Shown here in pieces: positions 1-8,975 of a stretch of 64,000 bases of DNA. The stretch is taken from positions 682,308 to 746,307 of the forward strand of contig CAVPLQ010000008.1 of the NCBI GenBank assembly GCA_963706125.1, in the 5' to 3' direction. Position 1 is the first letter of the stretch, and each line of letters starts with the position of its first letter. Under the pieces are notes generated by a model. It made no database searches, was not told where the DNA came from, and worked only from the letters and a program-made list of their open reading frames with translations. The DNA is from an uncultured Flavobacteriales bacterium. GTDB lineage: Bacteria; Bacteroidota; Bacteroidia; Flavobacteriales_F; PHOS-HE28. The translations under genes and the position numbers were made by a program.

Positions 1-577
1 CCATCTTCGTGGACAGCCCGCTCTCCATCAACGCCACTGGGATCTACCGCAAGCACTCTGAACTGCTGCAAGCGGACATCCGCAAAGAGTTGGAGACAGA
101 CGCCGACCTGTTCGGATTTCTGGGCGTGGAATTCATCCGTGAGGCGTGGCGCAGCAAGGAGCTGAACACGCGCAAAGGCCCGAGCATCACCATCGCGGCG
201 AGCGGCATGATGGACGCAGGCCGCATCCGGCACCACCTGCTCCACGGCCTGCCGGATCCAAGAACGCCGTGTTGATCGTGGGCTTCTGTGCACCGGGCAC
301 CTTCGGCGAGCGACTTTTACAGCGACCGGAAACGGTGAAGATGTTCGGTGAGGTCGTGCCCGTCCGTGCGGCTATCCTCACCATGGACAGCTACAGCGCC
401 CATGCCGACCGCAACGAACTGCTGCGCTGGATCGGCTGCCAGGACCCGGCCTTGGTGCAGCAGGTTTTCCTTGTGCATGGCGCGGACCATGCGTTGGAAG
501 GATTGCGCGATAGATATGCGGAGCATGGCTTCCGCAAGATCCATATCCCGGGACAGGGGCAGCGCTTCGAGATATAG
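1..577 (+). pseudogene. MBL-fold / beta-CASP RNA-metabolising metallo-hydrolase, 3' part (5' end outside window); reading frame switches near nt 255-262
   Basis: ORFs 9..275 and 146..577 together give the C-terminal region of an MBL-fold RNA-processing hydrolase (..VGFCAPGTFGERL..DSYSAHADRNELLRWI..VFLVHGADHALEGL..). The join HHLLHGLPDP|KNAVLIVGF needs a 1-nt frame change. Confidence 0.55.
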
Positions 578-587
578 CGTGCTGCTC

Positions 588-1589
588 CTAACCGGCGAAT
601 TTCACCGCTTTCTTCAAAGTCGCGGGCAATGGCGGCAGTTTCCGGCGCTCGAAGAGGAAACTGCTGAGGTCCGCGACCTCTGAGAAAACGTGGTGGCTGT
701 CCATCGCGCCCTTCAGATAGGATTGGCCGGTGCTGCCGCCGGTGCCCACGCGCAGGCCGATCATGCGGTGTACCATGCTGATGTGCCGTGCGCGCCACGA
801 GGCCATCACCGTGTCGATGTCCAACAGCGAATCCAGGAAACGGAACGCTTGCTGGAAGATCGGCTCGTCACGGTAGAGCATGATGAAGAGCGCGCTGCGG
901 GCCGCGGCGGGGGAGAAGTGCCGTTCCGGCGAACCGTTCACGAAGATCTTTTTCCACAGTTCCGCGTTGCCCTCCTCGCCCTTCACGAGGCTGCCCACGT
1001 ACAGTTTTTCCAGGCGGCCGAAAAAGTCCGGTTCGCCGTGCCAGAAGCGCTCCTCTAAAAAGGGCATGCGCTCCAGCCACTTGTTCACCAGCTCCAGCAA
1101 GGTGGGCTGTGATTCCAGCTCCTCGATCTGCGCCTTGTGGTCCGGGCGCAGTTGGCTGGTGTAATACTGTTTGCCGAAGCGGGCCTCCATGCGCAACCCG
1201 AGGCGGGCCTCCAAGATCTTGAACTGCATGCTCTGGAATCCGCTGGCGGGCCGCAGCAGGTCGCGGAAGTCCAAGAAGTCCAGCGGCGTCATGGTCTCGA
1301 TGATCTCCCACTGATGAACCAGCACATCGAGGATCGTCTTCACGCGCTGCAACCGGTGTACGGCGATGTTCAGCTCGCCGCCGTTGTCGTCCACCTCCTT
1401 GCGCTCGAAGATCTCGATCACGCTGCCCACTTCATAAAGCACCTGTTTGAACCATAGCTCATACGCCTGGTGGATGATGATGAAGAGCATCTCATCGTGG
1501 GCGTGCTTACCGGCCTTGTCGCCTTCAGGGTCCTGTGCGCCGAGGATCTTCTCCAGTTGGAGGTAATCGGGATAATAGACGTTGCTCAT
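588..1589 (-). CDS. kynA: tryptophan 2,3-dioxygenase
   Basis: 333-aa product from ATG at 1587-1589 (MSNVYYPDYLQLEKILGAQ..). Full-length similarity to TDO/KynA. The ORF-track start at 1898 is an upstream extension with no homology. Confidence 0.85.
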   Translation of the reverse strand: MSNVYYPDYLQLEKILGAQDPEGDKAGKHAHDEMLFIIIHQAYELWFKQVLYEVGSVIEIFERKEVDDNGGELNIAVHRLQRVKTILDVLVHQWEIIETMTPLDFLDFRDLLRPASGFQSMQFKILEARLGLRMEARFGKQYYTSQLRPDHKAQIEELESQPTLLELVNKWLERMPFLEERFWHGEPDFFGRLEKLYVGSLVKGEEGNAELWKKIFVNGSPERHFSPAAARSALFIMLYRDEPIFQQAFRFLDSLLDIDTVMASWRARHISMVHRMIGLRVGTGGSTGQSYLKGAMDSHHVFSEVADLSSFLFERRKLPPLPATLKKAVKFAG

Positions 1590-1861
1590 GGTGTTGGATA
1601 TGGGTTCCGCCAAATGTAAGAGGGGGAGTATTCCCGATCCTGAAGCTGGCGGGCACGTTAACTTCGGGCATGCGGAAGAACGGATGGATCTTGGCCATGT
1701 CGATGGTATCTCTTGGGAACATGGCGTTCGGGCGATCCAGCGTGGGTGCTTTGGGCGGTGCGTCCGATGCGGCACAGCGGGTGTTCGATGGGGTCTCCGG
1801 AAGGACTGATAGGGATACTGTAGCGCAGGATGTTCTTGTTGGATGCGAATACTCCAAGGGG

Positions 1862-2122
1862 ATGGAAGCCTACTTGATAGAGAATGTCCGTTTTCCACGA
1901 TCGGAATACGACGAGGGAATACATGGAAAGGTCTACGTGCAATTCATGGTGAACAAGGACGGGAGTATCCAGGATGTGAAGGTGGTCCGAGGTGTTCGTC
2001 CCGGGCTTGATGCGGAAGCCGTACGGGTTGTTGAAGGCATGCCCGCAGCAACGCCGGATAGTATGGGCGGCAAACCAGTGAGTACCCGCTATGTCGTGCC
2101 CATCAATTTCGTGACCAACTGA
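1862..2122 (+). pseudogene. TonB C-terminal-domain fragment; likely remnant of a BlaR1-type gene 3' end
   Basis: ..CEYSKGMEAYLIENVRFPRSEYDEGIHGKVYVQFMVNKDGSIQDVKVVRGVRPGLDAEAVRVV..RYVVPINF parallels the TonB_C domain at the C-terminus of the BlaR1-like protein at 2559..3758 (PEFPGGMEAVYAFMQ..GKVYVQFTVDRDGKVKDVQLKRGL..). There is no plausible N-terminus or signal peptide, and the upstream part of the ORF overlaps kynA. Confidence 0.35.
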
Positions 2123-2158
2123 ACCGGGTATCCGAATATGGTGAACTATGTTTTACGT

Positions 2159-2182
2159 TGTATAACTAAAAAAATAGTTATA
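2159..2182. promoter_or_regulatory. perfect 9-bp inverted repeat GTATAACTA-aaaaaa-TAGTTATAC just upstream of blaI; candidate BlaI/MecI-type operator
   Basis: Direct reading: GTATAACTA (2159-2167), A6 spacer, TAGTTATAC (2174-2182), the exact reverse complement. It lies 9 nt before the blaI ATG. Confidence 0.5.
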
Positions 2183-2190
2183 CTTGCACC

Positions 2191-2556
2191 ATGGAACAGT
2201 TGACCCGTGCCGAGGAGCAGGTGATGCAAGTGCTGTGGAAGCTGGGAAATGCTTTCGCCAAGGACGTACTGGCGCAGCTCCCCAAGCCTAAACCGGCGAT
2301 CACCACCGTGAGCACCATCATCCGCATCCTGGAGCAAAAGGGATTTGTGGGCCACACGGCGTTCGGCAAGAGCCACCAATATCATCCACTTGTAAAGAAG
2401 GAGGCGTACAGTGCCCGCCAGATGAACAAGGTGGTGAAGGACTATTTCGACGGTTCGCTGCACGGCCTCGTATCCTCGTTCGTGGAGAAGAATGAACTCG
2501 ACATGCAGGAACTGGACGACATCCTGAAGCTTCTCAAGACACAGAAAAAACGCTGA
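2191..2556 (+). CDS. blaI: BlaI/MecI/CopY family transcriptional repressor
   Basis: 121 aa, winged-helix penicillinase-repressor family (MEQLTRAEEQVMQVLWKLG..TVSTIIRILEQKGFV..). Stop at 2556 is 2 nt from the start of the next gene. Confidence 0.85.
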   Translation: MEQLTRAEEQVMQVLWKLGNAFAKDVLAQLPKPKPAITTVSTIIRILEQKGFVGHTAFGKSHQYHPLVKKEAYSARQMNKVVKDYFDGSLHGLVSSFVEKNELDMQELDDILKLLKTQKKR

Positions 2557-2558
2557 CC

Positions 2559-3758
2559 ATGGATCCGCTCATCTTCTTGCTTCGTGCGAACATTGCGTTC
2601 GTCATCCTCTACGGGGCCTACCGGCTCCTGCTTCGCGGCACGCCCTCGTTCGCGGCCAACCGCGCATGGCTGCTACTGACACCGGTGGTGGCGTTCGTAC
2701 TTCCCTTGATCGAACTTCCGTCCACCGTACAACCCCTCGGAGTGATCGAACTTCCGACCGTGGCTGTTGGTGGATCCGGTGAGGTCCTTGCGATCACATC
2801 GTTCCACTGGTCCATGTGGAATGTCGTGTTCGTGCTCTACGGCGCAGGTGTGCTGATCGCTTTGATCATCCTAGCGGTCCGTTACGTGCAGGCATGGCAC
2901 ATGAGCAGAACCGCGGAAGGAGAGGCGTTGTCCTTCTTCGGCCGGATCGTTCTTCCTGTCGGGCTGGAAGGGGATGAGGAACGCTCTCTGGTCGCGCATG
3001 AGCGCGTACATGTCCTGAAAGGCCACAGCTATGACGTGCTCTACTTCGAGCTTCTTGCCGCCATTTCCTGGTGGAATCCCGTCTGGCGATGGGCTTTGCG
3101 GGACTTGCGTACGGTACATGAGCTTCAGGCCGATGCCGTCGCAAGTACCCTTCATCCCGATTACGGCCTCTTGCTGCTTTCCCGTGCGCTCGGTGTTCCG
3201 AAAAGCACCCTCGTCAACAGTTTCCGTTCGTCCAACCTTAGGACACGCATAGCCATGTTGAATAAGAAAGGTTCCCGTTTCTCCGGGCTGAAGTACGCCA
3301 TCGCGATACCCGTACTGAGCGCAGCACTGCTTGCTGTTTCATGCGTTAAGCCCGAAGCTCCTCCTTTGCCGCCGCCGCCATCTGCTCCGGCTGCACCAGC
3401 ATTACCTGCGCAACCTGTAATGGACCTTTCCGAACTGGATGTTCAACCGGAATTCCCCGGTGGGATGGAGGCGGTTTATGCCTTTATGCAGAAGTCCGTC
3501 CACTATCCGGAGCAGGCGCTGAATGAGAACGTTCAGGGGAAGGTCTATGTACAGTTCACGGTGGACCGCGATGGAAAGGTGAAGGACGTACAACTCAAAA
3601 GGGGCCTGCGTGAGGATCTGAATGAGGAGGCTTTGCGCGCAGTGCGTGCCATGCCGGATTGGTCACCGGGCAGCAAGGATGGCCAAGTGGTGGCCACGAG
3701 GTTCGTCATCCCCATAGAGTTCCGCTTGGACAGCACGAATTCCACCGGAAAGGACTGA
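2559..3758 (+). CDS. blaR1: M56-family BlaR1-like signal-transducer peptidase with C-terminal TonB_C domain
   Basis: 399 aa with N-terminal TM helices, zinc-peptidase motif HERVH, proline-rich linker, then a TonB C-terminal domain (GKVYVQFTVDRDGKVKDVQLKRGL..). The blaI-blaR1 pairing is typical of Bacteroidota. Confidence 0.8.
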   Translation: MDPLIFLLRANIAFVILYGAYRLLLRGTPSFAANRAWLLLTPVVAFVLPLIELPSTVQPLGVIELPTVAVGGSGEVLAITSFHWSMWNVVFVLYGAGVLIALIILAVRYVQAWHMSRTAEGEALSFFGRIVLPVGLEGDEERSLVAHERVHVLKGHSYDVLYFELLAAISWWNPVWRWALRDLRTVHELQADAVASTLHPDYGLLLLSRALGVPKSTLVNSFRSSNLRTRIAMLNKKGSRFSGLKYAIAIPVLSAALLAVSCVKPEAPPLPPPPSAPAAPALPAQPVMDLSELDVQPEFPGGMEAVYAFMQKSVHYPEQALNENVQGKVYVQFTVDRDGKVKDVQLKRGLREDLNEEALRAVRAMPDWSPGSKDGQVVATRFVIPIEFRLDSTNSTGKD

Positions 3759-3771
3759 GCATGCTCTTTGA

Positions 3772-3810
3772 AAAACAGGACGGCCCGGGATCACCGGGCC
3801 GTCCTGTTTT
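3772..3810. terminator. bidirectional rho-independent terminator
   Basis: aaaaaCAGGACGGCCCGGgatcaCCGGGCCGTCCTGtttt: 13-bp GC-rich stem flanked by an A-tract and a T-tract, between convergent genes blaR1 (+) and 3827..4213 (-). Confidence 0.8.
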
Positions 3811-3826
3811 ATAGACCGATCAGCGG

Positions 3827-4213
3827 TCATTCCGTCGATTTTACTTCTTGTATCTCCCTGCCGTCCTCCGTGCGCTTTTCATGTCTCTTCTGCAACTCCG
3901 TCCACTTTCCGTATTGCTCCGGGGTGAGGATCGCTTTCAGGTCGGCGTCCATCAGTGCGGTCAGTTTTTCTTTCTCATGGTTCGTGTTGCCGGTGGTTTC
4001 CCCGGCCTGCCGATCGTCCAATTGTTCCGCATACTTCACGTACATCGCATTCACCTGATCCACCTGCTCAGGGTTCAGTTCGAGCTGCTTCGTCATGCGC
4101 TCAGTAGCACGCGTGGCGCGCTCGGTGGGGGTGGGGGACTGCCCTTTTGTGCTCTGCGCGAAAGCATTTCCCAGCAACAGAAAGGAAAGGGCGAGGGTCA
4201 TCAGCAGTTTCAT
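3827..4213 (-). CDS. secreted periplasmic protein, DUF4890/Spy-CpxP-like (LTxxQ-type helical repeats)
   Basis: 128 aa from ATG at 4211-4213. Signal peptide MKLLMTLALSFLLLGNAFAQ. Lys/Glu-rich helical body with ..LTPEQYGKWTELQ.. Confidence 0.55.
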   Translation of the reverse strand: MKLLMTLALSFLLLGNAFAQSTKGQSPTPTERATRATERMTKQLELNPEQVDQVNAMYVKYAEQLDDRQAGETTGNTNHEKEKLTALMDADLKAILTPEQYGKWTELQKRHEKRTEDGREIQEVKSTE

Positions 4214-4669
4214 GTGGTGGGTGTTTGATCCGACCAAGATAAGGAGCTGGGCACCAAGCCGGGGGAGCTGTGATCCCTGTTTTTCCGGATGCGGCTGATC
4301 GCGTCCCGCATAGGACGTTCCTGTGAAGGTTGCGATGTATTTCCTCAGGGACTATGACCCACGTACCCATGTGATCTCTCAATTACACTGTTGCCATTGG
4401 GACGCGTTTGCTGGCTGGCCTAGTGCCGGTGGTACTTCGGACGGTACAGCGCCGATGGCTATGAACTCCGCTCCGAGGATAACCTCGCCCCGCCGATCGA
4501 CAGCATGAAGGTCGCCGTGCCGGGATCCTCAGCAGCGGGCAGCAGCGGAAGCGGGGAGTAGTCTCCCCGTGCAGCGGGCAACATACTGCACCGTTAGTGG
4601 TCCTTTCGTGCTGAATACTGCCCACCGCGATGGTCATGGTGGCATGGCCCGTAGTTTGCCTTTCCCGCC

Positions 4670-5074
4670 GTGATGGAACGCAAGGACAGGCCAAAGGAAA
4701 CTGCCACCCTCATGTTGGTGGACAACGACAAGGACCTTCTTTGGTTGATGACACATGCGTTGCAGCGCCGTGGTTTTGTCGTAAAGGCTTTCGACCATGC
4801 CCCGACCCTGGCCCAGGTGCGTAGCGTGCGTCCCTCGGTGATCTTTCTGGATGTGGAGATCGGCGAGGAGAGCGGGGAGGAAGTGTGCGGAAAGATCAAG
4901 GGAGGGGCGGAACCATCACGGGTCCCGGTGATCCTAATTTCCAGCCATCCCATGGACAGGCTGCGGGAGACCGCCCTTCGCTGCGGCGCGGACGGCTACT
5001 TGGCCAAGCCCTTCGATGTGGAGCACATGATCCGATCGGTCCACCAGTACGCCAAGGAGCGACCGCTGGCTTGA
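4670..5074 (+). CDS. single-domain (CheY-like) response regulator, orphan
   Basis: 134 aa receiver domain (LMLVDNDKDLL..IFLDVEIGEESG..VPVILISSH..GADGYLAKPFD). No output domain, no adjacent kinase. Confidence 0.75.
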   Translation: MMERKDRPKETATLMLVDNDKDLLWLMTHALQRRGFVVKAFDHAPTLAQVRSVRPSVIFLDVEIGEESGEEVCGKIKGGAEPSRVPVILISSHPMDRLRETALRCGADGYLAKPFDVEHMIRSVHQYAKERPLA

Positions 5075-5079
5075 AGCGG

Positions 5080-5847
5080 CTATCCAAAGATCGCGTTCAG
5101 CAAGCCCGCCAAACGAACCCCTCCTTTCAGCAATTGCTGCTGCACCAAAGACCAGTTCAGGTATTGGTACTCATAACTGAGCTTGTCCCCGGCCTCAAGG
5201 TCATAGATCTTCGGCCGATGGGCCAAATTCTCCTGTGCCCAATCCGCAGCGGTGCCACGCGTCCAATCCCGCATTTGCACCTTGCTCACGTGGTCGATGC
5301 TGCAAGCGAGTTCCGTGTAGCTTAGGCCGTTCGTATCGATCATTTCGCTGTCCCACACGCGGTGCAAGTTGCTTCCCTTGCCGAACCATTGCACTTGCAC
5401 GGTGTTGCCACCCTTGTCATCGCCCTTGCCCACATGCAATGGTTGATGGAGATCGCCGACAAGATGGATCAGCACCTTCAGGCAGAACAGTTGGCGGGCG
5501 GGGGAAAGCGTATCACTCTTCAGCTTGGCCACCATGCGCTCGATCGCCTCGATGGCATCTCCGTTCGGGTTTTTCTCCGCAGCGGCGTAGGTGCTTCCGT
5601 CCGGTATGGTCACCCAGTGCCAATCGCGCATATGGTCGTACGCGTGGTCGCTGCGCACCTCGTCCATCCAGATGGCGGCGGTCGCCATGGATGCCTCGCC
5701 CAAGATCCGGTGTACCGCCTTGCGGGCCTTCCGTGAAAGGTGGTCCTCCGCGATGGCGCCCACCACGCGGTGGCCGGTGGCTCCCCATGCGAAAGCCGAC
5801 ACCGGTTGGAGCAGAAGGACAGGCAGAAGTGCTTTAAGCAATTTCAT
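5080..5847 (-). CDS. S1/P1 family zinc-dependent nuclease
   Basis: 255 aa with a signal peptide, then the hallmark AWGATGHRVVGAIA N-terminus of S1/P1 nucleases, and later His/Asp zinc ligands (..HLVGDLHQPLH..). Confidence 0.8.
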   Translation of the reverse strand: MKLLKALLPVLLLQPVSAFAWGATGHRVVGAIAEDHLSRKARKAVHRILGEASMATAAIWMDEVRSDHAYDHMRDWHWVTIPDGSTYAAAEKNPNGDAIEAIERMVAKLKSDTLSPARQLFCLKVLIHLVGDLHQPLHVGKGDDKGGNTVQVQWFGKGSNLHRVWDSEMIDTNGLSYTELACSIDHVSKVQMRDWTRGTAADWAQENLAHRPKIYDLEAGDKLSYEYQYLNWSLVQQQLLKGGVRLAGLLNAIFG

Positions 5848-6067
5848 GGTGCAAGATCACATGCAAACGTACATGGCCCGGATCTTAGGCAAGTCGGGGA
5901 GGGGCAAGCCCGCTCGATCATCGCAGGGGAAGAGGGCCGATCAAACAAGCCACCAGCTTGTTCATCTTGGCTGCGGACGAGCGCCACATGGTCCGCAGCC
6001 AAGGACTCCGCGGCTTCATGGCCCGGTCGTACCGATGGCACGGTCATAGGTCGTGTTCTGCTATGTT

Positions 6068-6376
6068 CTAGTTCTTCAGCACGCCACCATCTTGGCTTGT
6101 CACCGGTGGCTGCATGCTTTCGGGTATCCGGATGGCAAGTAGCGGGCTGTCTTTGCCAAGACGGTACTGCAGTTCGATGAAGCGGTACAGGTCATGGTCG
6201 TAAATGGCATAGTAGAAGGGGAGCAATTCCTTGCGGATGATGTTGGTGGAAGTACGTGAGTATGGGGGGCGTGATGGCACGGGAAGCGATCGTTCCAGAA
6301 AGCGATGAAGCAGCTCCTGTTCAAATTCCGGGTCCCGTCGCTTCACGGACGTACGGCCTGCGTTCTGTTTTTCCAT
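6068..6376 (-). CDS. hypothetical protein
   Basis: 102-aa ORF in an otherwise gene-poor 0.95-kb stretch. No recognisable domain. Its coding status is uncertain. Confidence 0.25.
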   Translation of the reverse strand: MEKQNAGRTSVKRRDPEFEQELLHRFLERSLPVPSRPPYSRTSTNIIRKELLPFYYAIYDHDLYRFIELQYRLGKDSPLLAIRIPESMQPPVTSQDGGVLKN

Positions 6377-6794
6377 TTTGGACGGCCCGCACTACAAGCT
6401 GTGTTGCGCCTTGCAACCGGGAATAGCGAAGTGGATGCCATGGGCAACGAAAGCCCCGTTCGTAGGATCACCCGGTAGGACGATGTGGCTCCAGAGTGAT
6501 CGGAAAGTCCCGCGCGCGCCTGCATGGGCATGGGTCGGGCCAATGTCGCATCACCGGACATGATCCGGGGATGTTCGCACTCGGTGCAGGCCCCTGTGGT
6601 TCGCCATGGCGTGCAGCTATTTCCCCATAATCAGGAAGGAATGCCCATGTTCTTCATCATCGGTCTATTGCTGATCGTGGGGGCGATCATTGCGGTGTAC
6701 GCGTACCGACACTACAATAGTCCGGAGAGCATCCAGCCCGTGCCGGAGCAGCAGGCCCTGCCGTCGACACTGTGATCCGGTACGTGTTGGAAGG

Positions 6795-8975
6795 CTAGAA
6801 CTTCACGCGGAGCTCCATCTTCAGGTCGCTCTTATTGCTTCCCGAGATCTCCTGCAGTCCGGAGCTGATCCGGTCGCGGTCCGTGAACATGGTGATGCCA
6901 TAGCGGGCCCACACGTCGATGTTGCGGGCCACGGACCAGCGCAGCATCGTGTACCAGCGCATGCCGCGCCCGTAGATCGGCGGCAGGCTGAACACGCCGG
7001 GGATGTCCGACTCGAAAGCGTAGATCCTGGAATCATAGCTGTCCGTGGAGAACAAGGCGATCCTTCCGGTGAACTCGACCCGGCCCTTCTTGGGGCGGTG
7101 GATGATGTCCTGATAGATCAGGAAGCCGTGGTCCACAGGGTTTGATCCGCGCTGATAGTCCACGCTTTCAATGCGCGTGCGCAAGGTGACGCCCGGGCTT
7201 ACGCGATAGCTGGCGTTGAAGCGGTAGTTATTCTGTTTGGTGTCCACTAATGGGAGTATTCCGCTGACGCTTTCAGAGGTATTCCGCGGCTTCACCTGGG
7301 TGCGGGCCTTCACGTAGACCTGTACGGCCTTGCTGGGCGTCCATGTCAATTGGCCCAAGGCCTCGTAGCCGCTGCTAAGGCCGTTGGTCTGGTAGCGCAA
7401 CCACGGGAAGGTGAACTGGTCGTAATAGGCATTGAAAACCCATTTCCGGCTGGGCTTCAGTTCGATGCCGGCATAGAGGCCGCGTTCGTTCCACGGGTTG
7501 GAGCTTTCCGCGAAGGCGCTGCTGTACAATCCTTGGAAATCACGTTGCAGCTCGCGGTACAGCATGGCCAAGGAGAGCCTTTTGTCCAACGCCACCAGCA
7601 CCCCGGTAACGCCCGCCATGCCCCCGTTCGAGCTGCGCGCACCCTCGCCGAACCAAGTGACGTTGCGGTAGACGGCGTTCCAGTCAAAGCCGTAGGTGGT
7701 GTTGCTGTTCCCTTGGAACTCGTATTGATTGTACGGCTGGGTGCTGCTCTTCACCAAGGTGTTGTCGAAGTTCACCTGCGCGGCCGTGGCGCCGAGGGTC
7801 CATCCTTTCCCTTTATAGTCGATGTGGCCTCCATAGATGAACTCCTCCAACGCGTTCTTTTTCCCCAATTCGGTATTGGTGCGGTGATAGCCGTCCTCAA
7901 GGAAGGAGCTGAAGGTGCTCTGTTCGTCGCTGAAGCCCGTGCTGCTGGTGTCGGTGATGGACTGCACGTTGGCATCGTACTTCTTTTTGCTGATGAACGC
8001 GGTGCCCTCGAAGTGCCTGCCGAAGCTCATCGTGGCGCCCGCGCCGCGCAGGAACTGGTTCTCGTTCACGCTGGCATAGGGGGAAAGCCCCTGCGCGTTC
8101 TTGCTGATGTTCATCGTATAGGCCGACTTCCGCGCAAAGGAGAGCCCGCTGGAGAACACGAGGCCCTGGCCGAACTGCGCTTGGTAGTCGCCGATCGCCA
8201 CCGCCTTCATCGGGCCGATGTCCCGCAGAAAGAGGTGCGCCGAATAGAAATCGAAGCCCTGTTTTTGGCTGCCTTTGAAAAATTCCTCGCCCTCGTCCTT
8301 CTCGGCGGTGATGCCGAAGTCCAGGTTGCGCCGGTACTTGAAGCGGTAGCGCGCATAGACCTTCCAGGGGCTGCCTAAGTACACCTTGTTGTTCGCACGC
8401 AGGGAATCATACACCTGCGGATCGTCCACGTCCGGCAACGGGTCGCCGTCGGGGTCCCTGTACGGACTGTTGAAGGGGTCGCCACCACCGAGAAAGCCCT
8501 TGCGCTGTTCGATGTTGATCTGCGTGCGGAACAGCACTTCGCTCTTGCCGTTGGCCAGCATCTCCTTCAGTGAGGTACGTGAGCTGCCTTCCCCGCTTAC
8601 GGTGATAAAGGGCCTCAGGATCTCCAAGGTGGCGTTGTCCAAGCCGTCCACCGTCTGCAGCTCATAGATGCTGATGAACTTGCCGAAGCGCTGGATGTGC
8701 GCGAGGATGGCGTTGATCTGGATGTCGGTGAGCAGGTGCAGGGATCCCAGCTCCTCCGCATCCGTGCGGTTGAGGTTGATCGGGTCGCTGAGGCGCTCGG
8801 TGAGCTGGTCGGCCAGCGAAGAGAGGTCCACATCGCTGTCGTCCCCGAGCTGTTCCGCGATGGTGGAGATGCGCTGTTCGATCAGGTCGCGCAGTTCCGG
8901 GGAAATGTCGTCCTGCGCACGCAGCGTCATCGCCCCGGAAAGAAGCACGATGCACAACAGCAGATACCGCATCAT
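6795..8975 (-). CDS. outer-membrane beta-barrel protein with N-terminal ComEA-like helix-hairpin-helix domain
   Basis: 726 aa with signal peptide MMRYLLLCIVLLSGAMTLRAQ. The HhH/ComEA-like segment (..INLNRTDAEELGSLHLLTDIQINAILAHIQRFGKFISIYELQTVDGLDNATLEILRPFITV) is followed by about 600 aa rich in aromatic/Gly beta-strand alternation, ending in ..MELRVKF (C-terminal Phe typical of OMPs). Confidence 0.6.
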   Translation of the reverse strand: MMRYLLLCIVLLSGAMTLRAQDDISPELRDLIEQRISTIAEQLGDDSDVDLSSLADQLTERLSDPINLNRTDAEELGSLHLLTDIQINAILAHIQRFGKFISIYELQTVDGLDNATLEILRPFITVSGEGSSRTSLKEMLANGKSEVLFRTQINIEQRKGFLGGGDPFNSPYRDPDGDPLPDVDDPQVYDSLRANNKVYLGSPWKVYARYRFKYRRNLDFGITAEKDEGEEFFKGSQKQGFDFYSAHLFLRDIGPMKAVAIGDYQAQFGQGLVFSSGLSFARKSAYTMNISKNAQGLSPYASVNENQFLRGAGATMSFGRHFEGTAFISKKKYDANVQSITDTSSTGFSDEQSTFSSFLEDGYHRTNTELGKKNALEEFIYGGHIDYKGKGWTLGATAAQVNFDNTLVKSSTQPYNQYEFQGNSNTTYGFDWNAVYRNVTWFGEGARSSNGGMAGVTGVLVALDKRLSLAMLYRELQRDFQGLYSSAFAESSNPWNERGLYAGIELKPSRKWVFNAYYDQFTFPWLRYQTNGLSSGYEALGQLTWTPSKAVQVYVKARTQVKPRNTSESVSGILPLVDTKQNNYRFNASYRVSPGVTLRTRIESVDYQRGSNPVDHGFLIYQDIIHRPKKGRVEFTGRIALFSTDSYDSRIYAFESDIPGVFSLPPIYGRGMRWYTMLRWSVARNIDVWARYGITMFTDRDRISSGLQEISGSNKSDLKMELRVKF

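Noticed and set aside
6490-6520. GGAAAGTCC (RNase P P4-like) match
   Set aside because: Flanks do not show the rest of the P4/P10-12 conserved elements (e.g. AGGGTGAAA, GGTAAGAGCGCACC). Likely chance.
7350-8378. 342-aa + strand ORF
   Set aside because: Lies entirely antisense to the well-supported 726-aa OMP gene. Ala/Gly/Arg-rich translation typical of antisense frames in high-GC DNA, with no homology.
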